64,000 nucleotides of DNA from Mobula hypostoma (taxonomy: Eukaryota): contig NC_086097.1 of the NCBI RefSeq assembly GCF_963921235.1, positions 159,714,001-159,778,000 of the forward strand. The letters are read 5' to 3'. Every line of letters starts with the position of its first letter. Position 1 is the stretch's first letter. Position numbers and translations under genes: made by a program. Below, one piece after another: positions 34,311 to 47,825 of the stretch. A model generated the notes under the pieces. It had not been told where the DNA came from. It ran no database searches and saw nothing but the letters and a program-made list of their open reading frames with translations.

Positions 34311-36594
34311 TTAGATCATCTATTCTTGATGTGGTTTGCAGTTTATATAACTTTTTCTACTCATTTCGGTTTGTGGACATTTCTGGTGAGATTAGATTTG
34401 TAACCATTCTTAGCTGCCCTTAAGGAAGTTGAATTAAATTACCTAGTCTGTCAAATGAAAATACTTGTATTTCCGTGAGATACAATGCTCCGACATTTTG
34501 GATAATTAAAAAGGTCAAGTCCATATCATACATGATTTGTTAATGACTAGAAAATTTTAAGGAATAAGAGATCCCTGTATGTTGATATACAAATTATAAA
34601 TAACTAAAAGGATGACTAAGTCTTTAGAAACTTCAGGGACAATTTAGAGGCTTCAAGGCACTTTACATATTTTACATCATAGGTGGTTCTCAAAAAGATA
34701 TATTAGATTGCAAATGTTTTCCTCACCCAACTTCCCCATCCCAAGTGAAGCTTCTAGTGAAGCCTTCCTCAGGAAATGCCCAGTCAAATCCAAGATAACT
34801 CCTCTATTGAAGCGAGGCATGTTTAGTTGCCTCTGGATAAGCACCGATGTGCAATATTATAACAATCTGTGATAATAAAGTTGTCCATCAGTGCTAGTTT
34901 CTTGCTGCTTTGTTGATTCTCCATTTGGATTAATAACTTGTCTTAAGTTCCAAGCTTTAATATTAACTAGCAGTATAAGAATTGCAACAAATATCAATGG
35001 ACATTGATATTTTACACTTTGGCAATGTCCCCAAGACAATCATGAAGGGTGCAAGGCCAGGGGAGTATGAGTTTTTGCCTCAAAAGTAGATTTCTCAGAG
35101 TCATTTTTTTGAGAAAACTCTTTTTCACTAACAATACTATCTCCCATCCAACTTCTCTTGCCCTCAGCCTTGTTTTTTTTGAGGTCACCAGGGTCCCCAC
35201 TGCCAGGTTTGCTTCTTGGCGGAGACTGATACTAAGTCAAGCAAGATACAAAGATAGGAAGTTCATTCTAGAAAGAACAAAACAAGTACAGAAAAGTAGT
35301 TCAGAAATCACAGATGCAGGAAATTCCTGAGCTAGAATTATTTAGGAGACAGTCACTATTTGGAAAATGACAGAAAATCGGAGGAGGGAGGCCATGAACA
35401 AAATTGTGACATCCTGAACCGAGGGGAATTATAAGTGGTTACAGACAGATATACTACTAGGATAAGAGTGGCAATTCTCAATAATTCACCTAGATACGCT
35501 TTTTAATTCAAGTTATTGGTTGGAGTTCCAGTAGTGTAATGGCATCCTGCCAACTAGGTGAAACATTAGACATTATAAATACTGTACGTCAGTCAATGGT
35601 ATTGGCTAGAATCAGTGCAGCAACGAAGCTTTAAATCCTTCCTGATGTTTTATGTCTTTACTACCCTATTCTTTGGTCAATATTTCGAAGTATTAAATTC
35701 CTCCTCCACTTCAGTCAAATCTTACTGCAGACAACTTTTTGACCTGGCTGTAATAATAACTGAGCAGCAGAAGATGAAGCAAAAGATCGGTGGGAAGGTG
35801 GTCAAATTGGTAAGGCAGCATCCTGTGCTGTGTTGAAGCTGGAATAAATTAACATGTTTATTAACAACTTGGATGATGCAATCAAAGGCAATATGTTTCT
35901 AATGACATAATGATAGAGGTCATGGAAACAGTGCATATGGAAGCATAAAGTGACAAGAACCTGATAAACTTAGTGGCCAATCTATAGCAATTTGATATCC
36001 AAACAGAAATAGGTCACTTATTTGGACCCAAGGACTGATTTATCAGACTATTTTCTAAAGCCAGGTACGGTAAAGATGCAAAACGACTGAACTGCTCATC
36101 TTTATAGACCTTAATTTATCCTGGAGCATTACAGAAAATGATCAAGGAGACTAATGTAATTCTGTCCTTTACTCCTGGAGGACTAAAACAAGAGAGATCT
36201 GAAGCTGCGGTTTTGGTACGTCTCTACAATACCAATCAAGGTTAGGAGGCTGTCCAAAATTTTGTGCGAGGAGATGGATATAAAAGAAAACTGTAATGTA
36301 TTTTCTTGTTCTCACACCTCACAGGATGAACTGTTAGTGGAAAGTGACTACGTGATCACTTCCAAGAGAAAATATATCTGTCCTCTGGAGAATTTACCAC
36401 TTTAGAGTAAATGAATAATCCATGGTACTTAAACTATGACTGCAATGTCTGAACTGAATTAAGGTCTCAATAGAGTTGTGTTTGTCATGTTTACAGTGGG
36501 TTGCATTGAGGTGAAGGCTACGCAGCTTATTGAAAGGCTAGACTAGGAAGACAGGTAAGGATTTGATAGGCACATGACCAAAAATTACAACATT

Positions 36595-36905
36595 CTTCCC
36601 CATCATAAAGGACAGTCAACACATGGGACATGATCTCTTCTGATTACTACCTTCAGGGAGGAGGTACAGAAGCCTGAAGACCCACACTCAAGTCTAGGAA
36701 TAGATTCTTTCCCTCTGCCATTAGACTTCTAAATGTACCATGAACCCATGAACTCTATCCCGCTATTCCCTTTTCACCCATTTAATTTATTTTTATTTTA
36801 ACTTCTAGTTTTTTATGCTCTGCACTATACTATTACCAAAAACCAACAAATTCCATGGCATACAGTACGTCAGTAACAATAAATTTGATTCAGAATTTGA
36901 TTCAA
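36595..36905 (+). mobile_element. Rex1-like LINE 3' end remnant
   Basis: ctcttctgattactaccttcaggggaggtacagaagcctgaagacccacac...tttgattcagaatttgattc. Confidence 0.6.
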
Positions 36906-38687
36906 CTTTTGCTGATATGCTAACATGCAAGTCAGGCACGAGGACCACAATGTTGGACCGAGGACACTTGGGAGTCCCTAGTTGTAGAACATTATAACTT
37001 GGGGTTGTAGGATACTATAAATTCTAAACATTCTTTTATGCCCTACATTAAGGGCTGGTGAGCTCACAAGCTGATCATTAAAAACAGCTCCCGTTGCACA
37101 ATTAAAGTCAGATTTTTGTTCACTTCCCTTTATATCAGCTGTTGCTTCCCTACTGTTGGTTTATAGTTAGTTACAAGCATTGAGTTAATATAACTTGCTC
37201 ACTGGTAAATATAGATAGGTACATGATGGTCAGCATAGACACTTTTGGAAAGGTAGTATGTCATCTCCCCTTTCAAGATTTCATATATCGGAGGAAGTTA
37301 AACTAACTTTGGTATCCTGCTGCAATTATTCCATCTGTTAGAGCTATTTTTAATACCATTATTTTCTTGCTTTTCTATTATAATTTAACTAAGCCTTATC
37401 CTGCAGATGTGACATCTGCTTGCCCATTTTTATGTTGATGTACTCTCAAAATTTTGATCAAGTCAGGCCAAGGGACTAATCTTTACATTTCATATTTTCT
37501 ATTTCATTTCAGATAATTCCTCACCAACTGTGCCCTCTTTATAAAAGCCACCTGTGAAGGCCTTCTATGTTAAATAGAAAAAAAACCATAAAATCTGGCA
37601 AATAAGCTCTGGAAATTTATAACTCTCCTGGCACCAAGACTATGTGTGTGCATATGTTTTGATTAAGTGTATTGGTTAACACAAGGGATAGGAAAGATAT
37701 GCAAGTTGTGGTTAAATATCAACATGACTATCAAGGACTATCTAAGTAAGTATACTATGGGGGTCAGAACAATGCAAACATTATACCTGAGAGAAATGCA
37801 GAATTGCAAATGCTTTTATTGTCGCACTCAAATGATTTTTCTCTCCTCCCAAGTATGGAGAGCCATTGGAACTCCCAGAGCAATTCATACCCTGAGCATA
37901 TTGTTTGTTGCAAATTAAGTTGCATCAAAGTCTCGTTAGAAAGGGAAGCTCCATAAAAGCCTTGCAATGTAGCCCTCTAGATTCCAGAGTCTAGAAAATA
38001 ATGAAATGTCCTCTAATAGAAAGGCAGATGAACATGAGTATAAAGCCAAAACTACAATTATATTTTCCAGACAACACTGAAAATCCCAGCACACCTTTAA
38101 AGGCCAGTGCAGCCAACCATCCTGTGATTATGTTATGTAAGCCAACTGCCTGGGAAGGATCTGTGAAACTGAGCATCGTGCCAATCTGTGAGGCATCAAA
38201 AGGATATTATGGTTTGTGCACATGAGTAGTAAATCCTTCAAATATATTGAAGCTTTTGCTCATTCAAAATGAAGTGTGAAAGAGGGTCAAGTAGCTCATT
38301 TCCAAAAGAACACATTCAGTGTATCGATGAAAAACAAATCAAAAACTGCAGATGCTGAAAACCTGAAACAAAATTTTGCATGGAGGAGGTTTAAAGGAGT
38401 GAAAGGCAAAGGCAGAACTAAAGGATCTGGAGAATATATAAAAATTCAAAGACTCAGAGGGTGTAAATTAGAATGCAGGTATAAAGGGAAGCATGGGCTG
38501 GTTCTGGGGCTGCAAAAAATATGTAAGTAAGCACGTAGATTCTGAATATATTGTGGCAAATGATGGAAAACCAATGAAATATGATCAGGAAACAACAGGA
38601 ATTCTGCAGATGCTGGAAATTCAAGCAACATACATCAAAGTTGCTGGTGAACGCAGCAGGCCAAGCAGCATCTATAGGAAGAGGTGC

Positions 38688-38723
38688 AGTCGACGTTTCA
38701 GGCCGAGACCCTTCTTCAGGACT
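38688..38723 (-). ncRNA. Minimal type-I hammerhead ribozyme in the Penelope-like 3' terminus
   Basis: Minus strand AGTC CTGAAGA AGGGTCTCGGCCT GAAA CG TC GACT. Confidence 0.85.
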
Positions 38724-39020
38724 AACTGAAGGAAGAGTGAGTAAGGGATTTGAAAGTTGGAGGGGGAGGGGGAGATCCAAAATGATAGGAGAAGACAGGA
38801 GAGGGAGGGATAGAGCCGAGAGCTGGACAGGTGATAGGCAAAAGGGGATACGAGAGGATCATGGGACAGGAGGTCCAGGAAGAAAGACAAGGGGCGGGGG
38901 TTGACCCAGAGGATGGGCAAGAGGTATATTCAGAGGGACAGAGGGAGAAAAAGGAGAGTGAGAGAAAGAATGTGTGCATAAAAATGAGTAACAGATGGGG
39001 TACGAGGGGGAGGTGGGGCC

Positions 39021-40322
39021 TTAGCGGAAGTTAGAGAAGTCGATTTTCATGCCATCAGGTTGGAGGCTACCCAGACGGAATATAAGGTGTTGTTCCTCCA
39101 ACCTGAGTGTGGCTTCATCTCCACAGTACAGGAGGCCGTGGACAGACATGTCAGAATGGGAATGGGATGTGGAATTAAAATGTGTGGCCACTGGGAGATC
39201 CTGCTTTCTCTGGCGGACAGAGCGTAGATGTTCAGCAAAGCGGTCTCCCAGTCTGCGTCGGGTCTCACCAATATATAAAAGGCCACATCGGGAGCACCGG
39301 ACGCAGTATATCACCCCAGTCGACTCACAGGTGAAGTGATGCCTCACCTGGAAGGACTGTTTGGGGCCCTGAATGGTGGTAAGGGAGGAAGTGTAAGGGC
39401 AAGTGTAGCACTTGTTCCGCTTACACGGATAAGTGCCAGGAGGGAGATCAGTGGGGAGGGATGGGGGGGACAAATGGACAAGGGAGTTGTGTAGGGAGCG
39501 ATCCCTGCGGAATGCAGAGAGTGGGGGGGAGGGAAAGATGTGCTTAGTGGTGGGATCCCGTTGGAGGTGGCGGAAGTTACGGAGAATAATATGTTGGACC
39601 TGGAGGCTGGTGGGGTGGTAGGTGAGGACCAGGGGAACCCTATTCCTAGTGGGGTGGTGGGAGGATGGAGTGAGAGCAGATGTACGTGAAATGGGGGAGA
39701 TGCGTTTAAGAGCAGAGTTGATAGTGGAGGAAGGGAAGCCCCTTTCTTTAAAAAAGGAAGACATCTCCCTCGTCCTAGAATGAAAAGCCTCATCCTGAGA
39801 GCAGATGCGGCAGAGACGGAGGAATTGCGATGAGTGGATGGCGTTTTTGCAAGAGACAGGGTGAGAAGAGGAATAGTCCAGATAGCTGTGAGAGTCAGTA
39901 GGCTTATAGTAGACATCAGTGGATAAGCTGTCTCCAGAGACAGAGACAGAAAGACCTAGAAAGGGGAGGGAGGTGTCGGAAATGGACCAGGTAAACTTGA
40001 GGGCAGGGTGAAAATTGGAGGCAAAGTTAATAAAGTCAACGAGTTCTGTATGCGTGCAGGAAGCAGCGCCAATGCAGTCGTCGATGTAGCGAAGGAAAAG
40101 TGGGGGACAGATACCAGAATAGGCACGGAACATAGATTGTTCCACAAACCCAACAAAAAGGCAGGCATAGCTAGGACCCATACGGGTGCCCATAGCTACA
40201 CCCTTAGTATGGAGGAAATGGGAGGAGCCAAAGGAGAAATTATTAAGAGTAAGGACTAATTTCGCTAGACGGAGCAGAATGGTGGTAGAGGGGAACTGAT
40301 TAGGTCTGGAATCCAAAAACAA
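39021..40322 (-). CDS. Penelope-like RT (C-terminal part) + GIY-YIG endonuclease, 433 aa open frame, 5'-truncated
   Basis: GVAMGTRMGPSYA, FLRYIDDC, VYYKPTDSH, C..NKC.TC linker, GVIYCVRCSRCGLLYIGETRRRLGDRFAEHL, HFN, RLEEQHLI; frame extends upstream to PHQEGLKAL. Confidence 0.93.
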   Translation of the reverse strand: MFLDSRPNQFPSTTILLRLAKLVLTLNNFSFGSSHFLHTKGVAMGTRMGPSYACLFVGFVEQSMFRAYSGICPPLFLRYIDDCIGAASCTHTELVDFINFASNFHPALKFTWSISDTSLPFLGLSVSVSGDSLSTDVYYKPTDSHSYLDYSSSHPVSCKNAIHSSQFLRLCRICSQDEAFHSRTREMSSFFKERGFPSSTINSALKRISPISRTSALTPSSHHPTRNRVPLVLTYHPTSLQVQHIILRNFRHLQRDPTTKHIFPSPPLSAFRRDRSLHNSLVHLSPPSLPTDLPPGTYPCKRNKCYTCPYTSSLTTIQGPKQSFQVRHHFTCESTGVIYCVRCSRCGLLYIGETRRRLGDRFAEHLRSVRQRKQDLPVATHFNSTSHSHSDMSVHGLLYCGDEATLRLEEQHLIFRLGSLQPDGMKIDFSNFR

Positions 40323-40393
40323 GCGTAGAGCTTTGAGACCTTCCTGATGGGGGACTTTGTTTCACCATATCCAGGAAAGATGCACGCTGAATG

Positions 40394-40910
40394 GGACAAC
40401 GCTGAGGATATTCTATGAGTCTGTGGTGGCCAGTGTGATCATGTTTGCTGTTGTGTGCTGGGGCAGCAGGCTGAGGGTAGCAGACACCAACAGAATCAAC
40501 AAAGTTATTCGTAAGGCTAGTGATGTTGCGGGGATGGAACTGGACTCTCTCACGGTGCTGTCTGAAAAGAGGATGCTGTCTAAGTTGCATGCCATCTTGG
40601 ACAATATCTCCCATCTACTACATAATGTACTGGTTGGGCACAGGAGTACATTCAGCCAGAGACTCATTCCTCCGAGACGCAGCACAGAGCATCATAGGAA
40701 GTCATTCCTGCCTGTGGCCATCAAACTTTACAACTCCTCCCTTGGAAGATCAGACACCCTGAGCCAATAGGCTGGTCCTGGACTTATTTCCTGGCATAAT
40801 TTACATATTACTATTTAATTATTTATGGTTTTATTACTATTTAATTATTTATGATGCAACTGTAACGAAAACCAATTTCCCCCGGGATCAATAAAGTATG
40901 ACTATGACTA
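40394..40910 (+). mobile_element. 5'-truncated Rex1/Babar-like LINE
   Basis: LRIFYESVVASVIMFAVVCWG...RKSFLPVAIKLYN; aataaa + (tatgac)n tail; 6-bp TSD tgaatg (40388-40393, 40911-40916). Confidence 0.85.
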
Positions 40911-41299
40911 TGAATGTTGAAAAGTAAAAAGTCTAATCCTATAATGCCCTTGGCTATGGAGAAAGTTCCAGGTGGCTGGAGGATGACAAATAGCTATAAA
41001 ATAATACCACAGAGAACGAGGTCCTTCAGCCCTTACTAAACATGATATTCATGATAAAGTTCTTCAGTAAAGAAAAGGTAACAACTGGGTACTGTTCATT
41101 GAAACTTCTAACATTGGCAAGATGGATGTAACAAAGACTTTTTTTCCATCAGGTGATTCGTCTAGAACCAGGGGTCACAGTCTAAAATTAATATTGCAAT
41201 CCATTTAGAACTGAGATAAGAGAATTTTTTTTTACTTAAATGGTGGTGAATCTTTGGAATTCTTTATGACAAAAGGTTCTGTCATTGAGTTCATTAAAA

Positions 41300-42449
41300 T
41301 AGAACATAGAACATAGAACACAGAATAGTACAGCACAGTACAGGCCCTTCAGTCCACAATGTTGTGCCGACCCTCAAACCCTGCCTCCCACATAACCTCC
41401 CACCTTAAATTCCTCCATATACCAGTCTAGTAGTCTCTTAAACTTCACTAGTGTATCTGCCTCCACCATTGACTCAGGCAGTGCATTCCACGCACCAACC
41501 ACTCTCTGAGTAAAAAATCTTCCTCTAATATCCCCCTTGAACTTCCCACCCCTTACCTTAATGCCATGTCCTCTTGTATTGACCAGTGGTGCCCTGCGGA
41601 TGAGGCGCTGGCTATCCACTCTATCTATTCCTCTTATTATCTTGTACACCTCTATCATGTCTCCTCTCATCCTCCTTCTCTCCAAAGAGTAAAGACCTAG
41701 CTCCCTTAATCTCTGATCATAATGCATACTCTCTAAACCAGGCAGCATCCTGGTAAATCTCCTCTCTACCCTTTCCAATGCTTCCACATCCTTCCTATAG
41801 TGAGGCGACCAGAACTGGACACAGTACACCAAGTGTGGTCTAACCAGAGTTTTATAGAGCTGCATCATTACATCGCGACTCTTAAACTCTATCCCTCCAC
41901 TTATGAAAACTAACACCCCATAAGCTTTCTTAACTACCCTATCTCCCCGTGAGGCAACATTCAGGGATCTGTGGACATGTACCCCAGATCCCTCTGCTCC
42001 TCCACACTACCAAGTATCCTGCCATTTACTTTGTACTCTGACTTGGAGTTTGTCCTTCCAAAGTGTACCACCTCACACTTCTCCGGGTTGAACTCCATCT
42101 GCCACTTCTCAGCCCACTTCTGCATCCTATCAATGTCTCTCCGCAATCTTTGACAATCCTCTACACTAACTATAACACCACCAACATTTGTGTCGTCTGC
42201 AAATTTGCCAACCCACCCTTCTACCCCCGCATCCAGGTCGTTAATAAAAATCACGAAAAGTAGAGGTCCCAGAACAGATCCTTGTGGGACACCACTAGTC
42301 ACAATCCTCCAATCTGAATGTACTCCCTCAACCACCACCCTCTGCCTTCTGCAGGCAAGCCAATTCTGAATCCACCTGGCCAAACTTCCCTGGATCCCAT
42401 GCCTTCTGACTTTCTGAATAAGCCTACCGTGTGGAACCTTGTCAAATGC
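41300..42449 (-). mobile_element. Fairly young 5'-truncated CR1 LINE nested in an older plus-strand CR1 remnant
   Basis: ORFs 41961-42383 (SGVPQGSVLGP, KFADDT) and 41374-41916; (agaacat)n tail; host CR1 at about 41090-41300 resumes at 42450. Confidence 0.9.
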
Positions 42450-42816
42450 ATTGATGGATTTCTGAATATTGTGGGAATCAATGACCAGGGGGATAGAGCA
42501 GGATTACTGAGCTGAGGTAGGAGATCAACCAGGCTTTTGATGAATAGCAAAGCTGCCCCAAATGCCCCAAGGGTTAACTTCTGCTTCAGTTTCTACGTTC
42601 TTAGGTCAGTCACCAATGTTCAGTAGTGAATGCTTTTTCACAACTGCAAAGTTTGTGTCATCTACAAACTCCCCACAAGCTAGCATCAGAGTGGCTGCTT
42701 TTTCTTATTGTATTCAAAATGTGCAGATGATATAATTCTTATCAAGTTAGTAAGTATGGAAGTAGCTGACTTCAGGAGGACTTGGGCAGACAATGGCAGA
42801 TTTATTGGAAAGCAAT

Positions 42817-44620
42817 TAAGACCACTTAGGAGCAGACTTGGCCTATTTGGTCCATCAGACTGCTTAGCCATTTCATCATGGCTGATCCAATTTTCCTCTC
42901 AGCCCCAATCTCCTGCCTTCTCCCTGCATCCCTTCATGCCCTGACCAATCAAGAATTTATCAACCTCTGCCTTAAATATACATAAAGAATTGGCCTCCAT
43001 AGCTGCCTGTGACAAAGACTTCCAAAGATTCACCATTCTCTGGCTAAAGAAATTCCAACTCATCTCCATTCTAGAAGGATACCCCTCTATTCTGAAGCTA
43101 TGTCTTCTAGTCTTAGACTCTCTCACCAAAGAAAACATCTTCTCCACATCCACTCTATCAAGGCCTGTCACCGTTCGATAGATTTCAATGAGGTTACACC
43201 TCATTCTTCTGAATTCTAGTGAATACAGGCCCAGAGCCATCAAATGCTCTTCATATGACAAGCCATTCAATCTTGGAATCAGTTCTGTGAACCTCCTTTG
43301 AACCTTTTCCAGTTTCAGCACAAGGGGCCCAAAACTCTTCATAATACTCTAAGTGAGGCCTCACCAGTGCTTTATAAAGTCTCAACATTACATCCTTGCT
43401 TTTATATTCTAGTTCTCTTGAAGTGAATGCTAATAATTTGCCTTCCTCACCACAAACACAGACAGCAAATTATCCTTTAGGGAATACTACATAAGGTTTC
43501 CCAAATCCCTTCGCATCTTAGTTTTTGTATTTACTCTCTGCTTAGAAAACAGTCAACCTTTTCATTTCTTCTACTAAAGTACATGTCCATGCACTTCCTG
43601 ACATTGTGTTCCATCTGCCACTTCTTCCCCATTCTCCTAATCTGTTCAAGTCCTTTTGTAGCCTCCCTACTTTCTCAAAAGTATCTGCCTCTCCACCTAT
43701 ATTCATATCATCTGCAAACATTGCAACAAAGCCATCAATTCCATCATCCAAATCACTGTCATATAACATAAAAGGAATCAGTCTGAACACAGACCCCTGT
43801 GGAGCATTATTAGTCACTGGCAGCTAAACAGAAAAGGCTCTATTTTCTCCCACTCTTTGCCTCCTGCCCAGTAGCCACTGCTTTATCCATGCTAGTATCT
43901 TTCCTGTAATACCATGGGTTCAAAGCTTGTTCATAGCAGCCTCATGTGTGGTACTTTGTCATGGGCCTTCTGAAAACACACAACATCAACAGATTCTGCT
44001 TTCTCTATCCTGCTTCTTATTTCTTCAAATAATTCCAAAAGATTTGTCAAGCAACATTTTCCCTTGAGGAAACAATGCTGACTATGGCCTATGTGCTTCC
44101 AAGTAACTTGAGACCTCATCCCTAATAGTTGACCCCAATATCTTCCCAACCACTGAGGTCAGACTCATTGGCCTATAGTTTCATTTCTTCTGCCTTTCTC
44201 CCTTCTTGGAGTGACATTTGCAATTTTCCAGTATTCCGAACCATTCTAGACTCAACTGACTTTTTAAAAGTCATTACTCCACAATCTCTTCAGCCACCAC
44301 TTTCAGAACCCAGGGGTCTACACCATCTCATCCAGGTAACTTATCTACCTTCAGATATTTCAGTCTGCTAAGAAACTTCTCCCTTGTAACTGCATACTCT
44401 TCATGCCCCCTGACACCTGGAACTTTCACCATACTGCTAGTGTCTTCCACAGTGAAGAATGATACAAAATACTTATTCAGTTCATCTGCCATTTCCTTGT
44501 CCCCCATTATTACCTCTCCAGCATCGTTTTCCACTTGTCCGTGATCTACTCTTGCCTCTCTCTTACACTTTATGTATCTGAGGAAACTTTTGGTGTTCTG
44601 TTTAATATTATTAACTACTG
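42817..44620 (-). mobile_element. Decayed CR1 ORF2
   Basis: ORFs 42899, 43542, 43931 and 44328 with FADD, FQKAHDKV, KVDKLPG and FFSQRMVNLW motifs. Confidence 0.85.
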
Positions 44621-44994
44621 TTAAGCGTGAAATGTTGCAATTTGGGAATACGGCAGCATAATTTGGTACTGCACTAAGGGGCATGAAAGAGTAAAGGGAC
44701 CTTGAGTTATTTCTACATAATTCTGTGAATGCTGGGCAATCTGCAGAACCAGATAAGACAGTACATCTGATAGTGGGCTTTGCCAAAAGAGGAGGCCTCA
44801 GCTCAAGTACTGAAAACACCATAGTTTGGGAAGAATACAAAGAACCTAAAACAGGTGAAGGGAAATTCTAGAACAGTAAAAGAAAAGAGACTTTAGTTGT
44901 GGGGAAAGGTGAGAGAATTTGTTTCATTTTATCTCCATAAAACACAGAAGTAAGGGAAAAGGTAAAAGAAGAATCCAGATTTACAAGGGATAAA

Positions 44995-45640
44995 TTGAAT
45001 TGAATTGACTTTATTACTTACATCCTTCATATACATGAGGAGTAAAAATCTTTACGTTACGTCTCCGTCTAAATGTGCAATGTGCAATTATGGTAATTTA
45101 TAATAAATATTATGTACAACAGGATAGTCAATGTAACATAGAAATACAGTTGCATCAGCATGAATTAAGCAGTCAGATGGCCTGGTGGAAGAAGCTGTCC
45201 CGGAGCCTGTTGGTTCTGGCTTTTATGCTGCGGTATCGTTTCTTGGATGGTAGCAGCTAGAACAGTTTGTGATTGGGGTGACCTGGGTCTCCAATGATTC
45301 TTTGGGCCATTTTTACACATGTGTCTTTGTAAATAGCATGAATAGTGGCAAGTTCACATCTACGGATGCGCTGCACCGTCCGCAACACTCTGTGCAGAGT
45401 CCTACGATTGAGAGAAGTTCGGTCAAATAAGATGTCTATAGGGGGTAGCCTGTCTCCACTCCTCCTGTGGTCCACAACCAGCTCCGTTGTTTTTGCGACA
45501 TTGAGGGAGAGTTGTTTTCTTGATACCACTGTGTCAGGGTGATGACTTCTTCTCTGTAGGCTGCCTCATTATTATTTGAAATTAGGCCAATCAATGTAGT
45601 GTCGTCAGCAAATTTAATTAGCAGATTGGAGCTGTGGATG
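44995..45640 (-). mobile_element. Rex1/Babar-like LINE fragment with internal deletion
   Basis: LIKFADDTTLIGLISNNNEAAYREEV, SLNVAKTTELVVD; (attga)n tail at 44995-45010. Confidence 0.85.
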
Positions 45641-47825
45641 TCTATGGATAGAGATGTTTTCACTAGTTAAATAATTGGAAAGTGAAGGTTGTGCACTAAT
45701 ATATAAAATTACTAAATATGGAATGAAGATAAACCTAACCATATGGAAGACCGATTTTAAAAAAACTGAAAGGAGGTTTCTGAAGAGCTGGTGCAATCAG
45801 ATTCCAGAACGATTGATATCAACTTGCGAAGGACTAATTTGCAGAATAATGAACAAATTAATAAAGGCCATGCAGCTAATTGGGTCTAAACCTGTCAGAC
45901 CTGGCATAAGCATAATGATCAATAATTTATTCTTGTACATTTTCTTTCTTTACTCATTGGTAAGGCCCTCACTGATTGTTGTAATCAGAGTGGTTTGAAC
46001 ATTTGAAGGACATTCAAGAATGAACAACATTGCTGCGGATCTGGAGTCATATAGTCACATGATTATGTTAACAGACTGGTAACACAGAGATATGAGTTCA
46101 TTTGTCACCTTAGAAGCAGTGAGATTTAAATTCAGGAAGTTATTTGGAATTTATAGAAAAATAAAAGCTAATGTTAATAATGTTCTACCAGAATAGAGTA
46201 CCATGAAAATTGTAACCTGCATTCACTGAAATCTGAAATTAGGGTAGAAAATACTGTACACTCAGCAAGTTAGGCATCTGTGGAAACACAAATGGAGTCA
46301 ACATTTCTGGTTGAAGACAATCTTTGGAACTTTCAACTTGAAACATCGATTTTATTTCGTTCAAGCAATTGTACCAGTTGGTTCATTCAAGTCCTTCCGG
46401 CAGAAAAATCTGCCACGCTTAGCCAGAATAGGTGATCTTATAGAGATCTATAAAGTCAGCAGTGACTTTCACTCAGAACTGGGAATCAAGAACTAAAATG
46501 CATAGGCTTAAGGTGACAAAGAGATTTACAGGAGCCGAAGGGGCAACTTTTCACCCAGAGGGCTGTTCATACAGTAGCTATCATCTTTGTCTATGTGATA
46601 TAAAGATTTCCTGATTATTCACAGAAGTAGATATGCTAGTGAGCTCTCTTTTGTATAATAATGGAGTGTAGTAATACTTTAGAAATGTGAAAGATGATGA
46701 AAGAAATGGACATGCACTTTTCAAAGTTTAAATGCGCTATCTTAATGATATACACTGCTGGATTTGAGATTAAATCAAATGGGTGGGCTTTAGTCTTAGT
46801 GAGTATCCTGGTGCAAACTGATTTCTCAGAATCAAACAGGATCAATAGGGTCTAGAGGAAATCAGGATTTTTGAGACTGAGCTGTTAGTTGATAGATGTT
46901 CAGATCAGAAGAGTGAATACATTTAACTACTTTACCAGCAGATAATATGTAGTTAACAGAAAAGGCCAAGTGAAGCATTGAGAAGTCTTAGAAAGGTCAA
47001 AAGAGAACAGAACAAATATATCAGAGTGGTAGCAAATGTGAACACCAAAGAATCTATCTCATTAATTTCTTCAATATAAACTGCTTTATATTTCTGGATT
47101 TAAGAAATTGCTCAAGCTGCTAATGAATAGCGTGAAATGAATGAACACATGAAAAATACTTGAATGGATTTAGAGAAAAGAAACAGATGTAAGTTATTGG
47201 AGTGAGAACATTACTCAGATATCCATCAAATTTTATATTTTGCAGCACTCTATAATTTCTGGGAAGATATCCAAAAAATCTGAATTTATAGATATCATTA
47301 GTACAGTTTTTGATAAGGAAATGATTTGACTTGTAATGGATGAAATGACTCAATGATTTTCCTTAAGGTTCATGTGGAGAGGTTGCCTTTCATTAGCACA
47401 TTTTTAACGCTGTACGTTTTCCACAGCAGATGGCCACCTCATGCCTAAATTGTAGTGACTCTGGGAAAATAATCAAGTCTAGGTGGGAAAATACACAATG
47501 CATTGGCCGTCTCTAATAAGCACCCCTGACTACACCTCGAACCCCAACCTTTCTTGCACCTTCTTGGCAGCTACAATGCGAATTTTTCCTGCTGAGACTG
47601 TACCAGCTTCGCTAACTCCATTCATTTCAAGGGAGAGGAAAGGCTATTAAAGACTGAAACAAGTTTCCAGGCATCTACATTTTCTTTACTGTTTATTAAG
47701 TGTCTTAATGCTTAATATTTTAATAATTCAGAAGGAAATGTATAAATATTTTAGAAAGTGTGTTAGCCTAGGGGTATAGCTTGTTAGAACAATTCTGTGG
47801 GAGCTTTAGGCTTTCATTACACTAG

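Larger units (their letters stand above)
38590..40354 (-). mobile_element. Young 5'-truncated Penelope-like retroelement (EN+)
   Basis: Open RT + GIY-YIG frame, pyrimidine-rich 3' region, hammerhead and terminal tail matching 16418-16655. Confidence 0.95.

Noticed and set aside
38071..38136. 66-nt frame-preserving candidate exon (ttttccag...gtaagc)
   Set aside because: Weak polypyrimidine tract, no recognisable peptide, no partner exons
39049..40259. Overlapping ORFs in other frames of the Penelope element
   Set aside because: Shadow frames of the RT/GIY-YIG frame
40340..40400. Penelope and Rex1 fragments joined 5'-to-5' as one chimeric insertion
   Set aside because: Rex1 has its own TSD (tgaatg) and about 35 bp of apparent host DNA separates the two, so independent events are more likely
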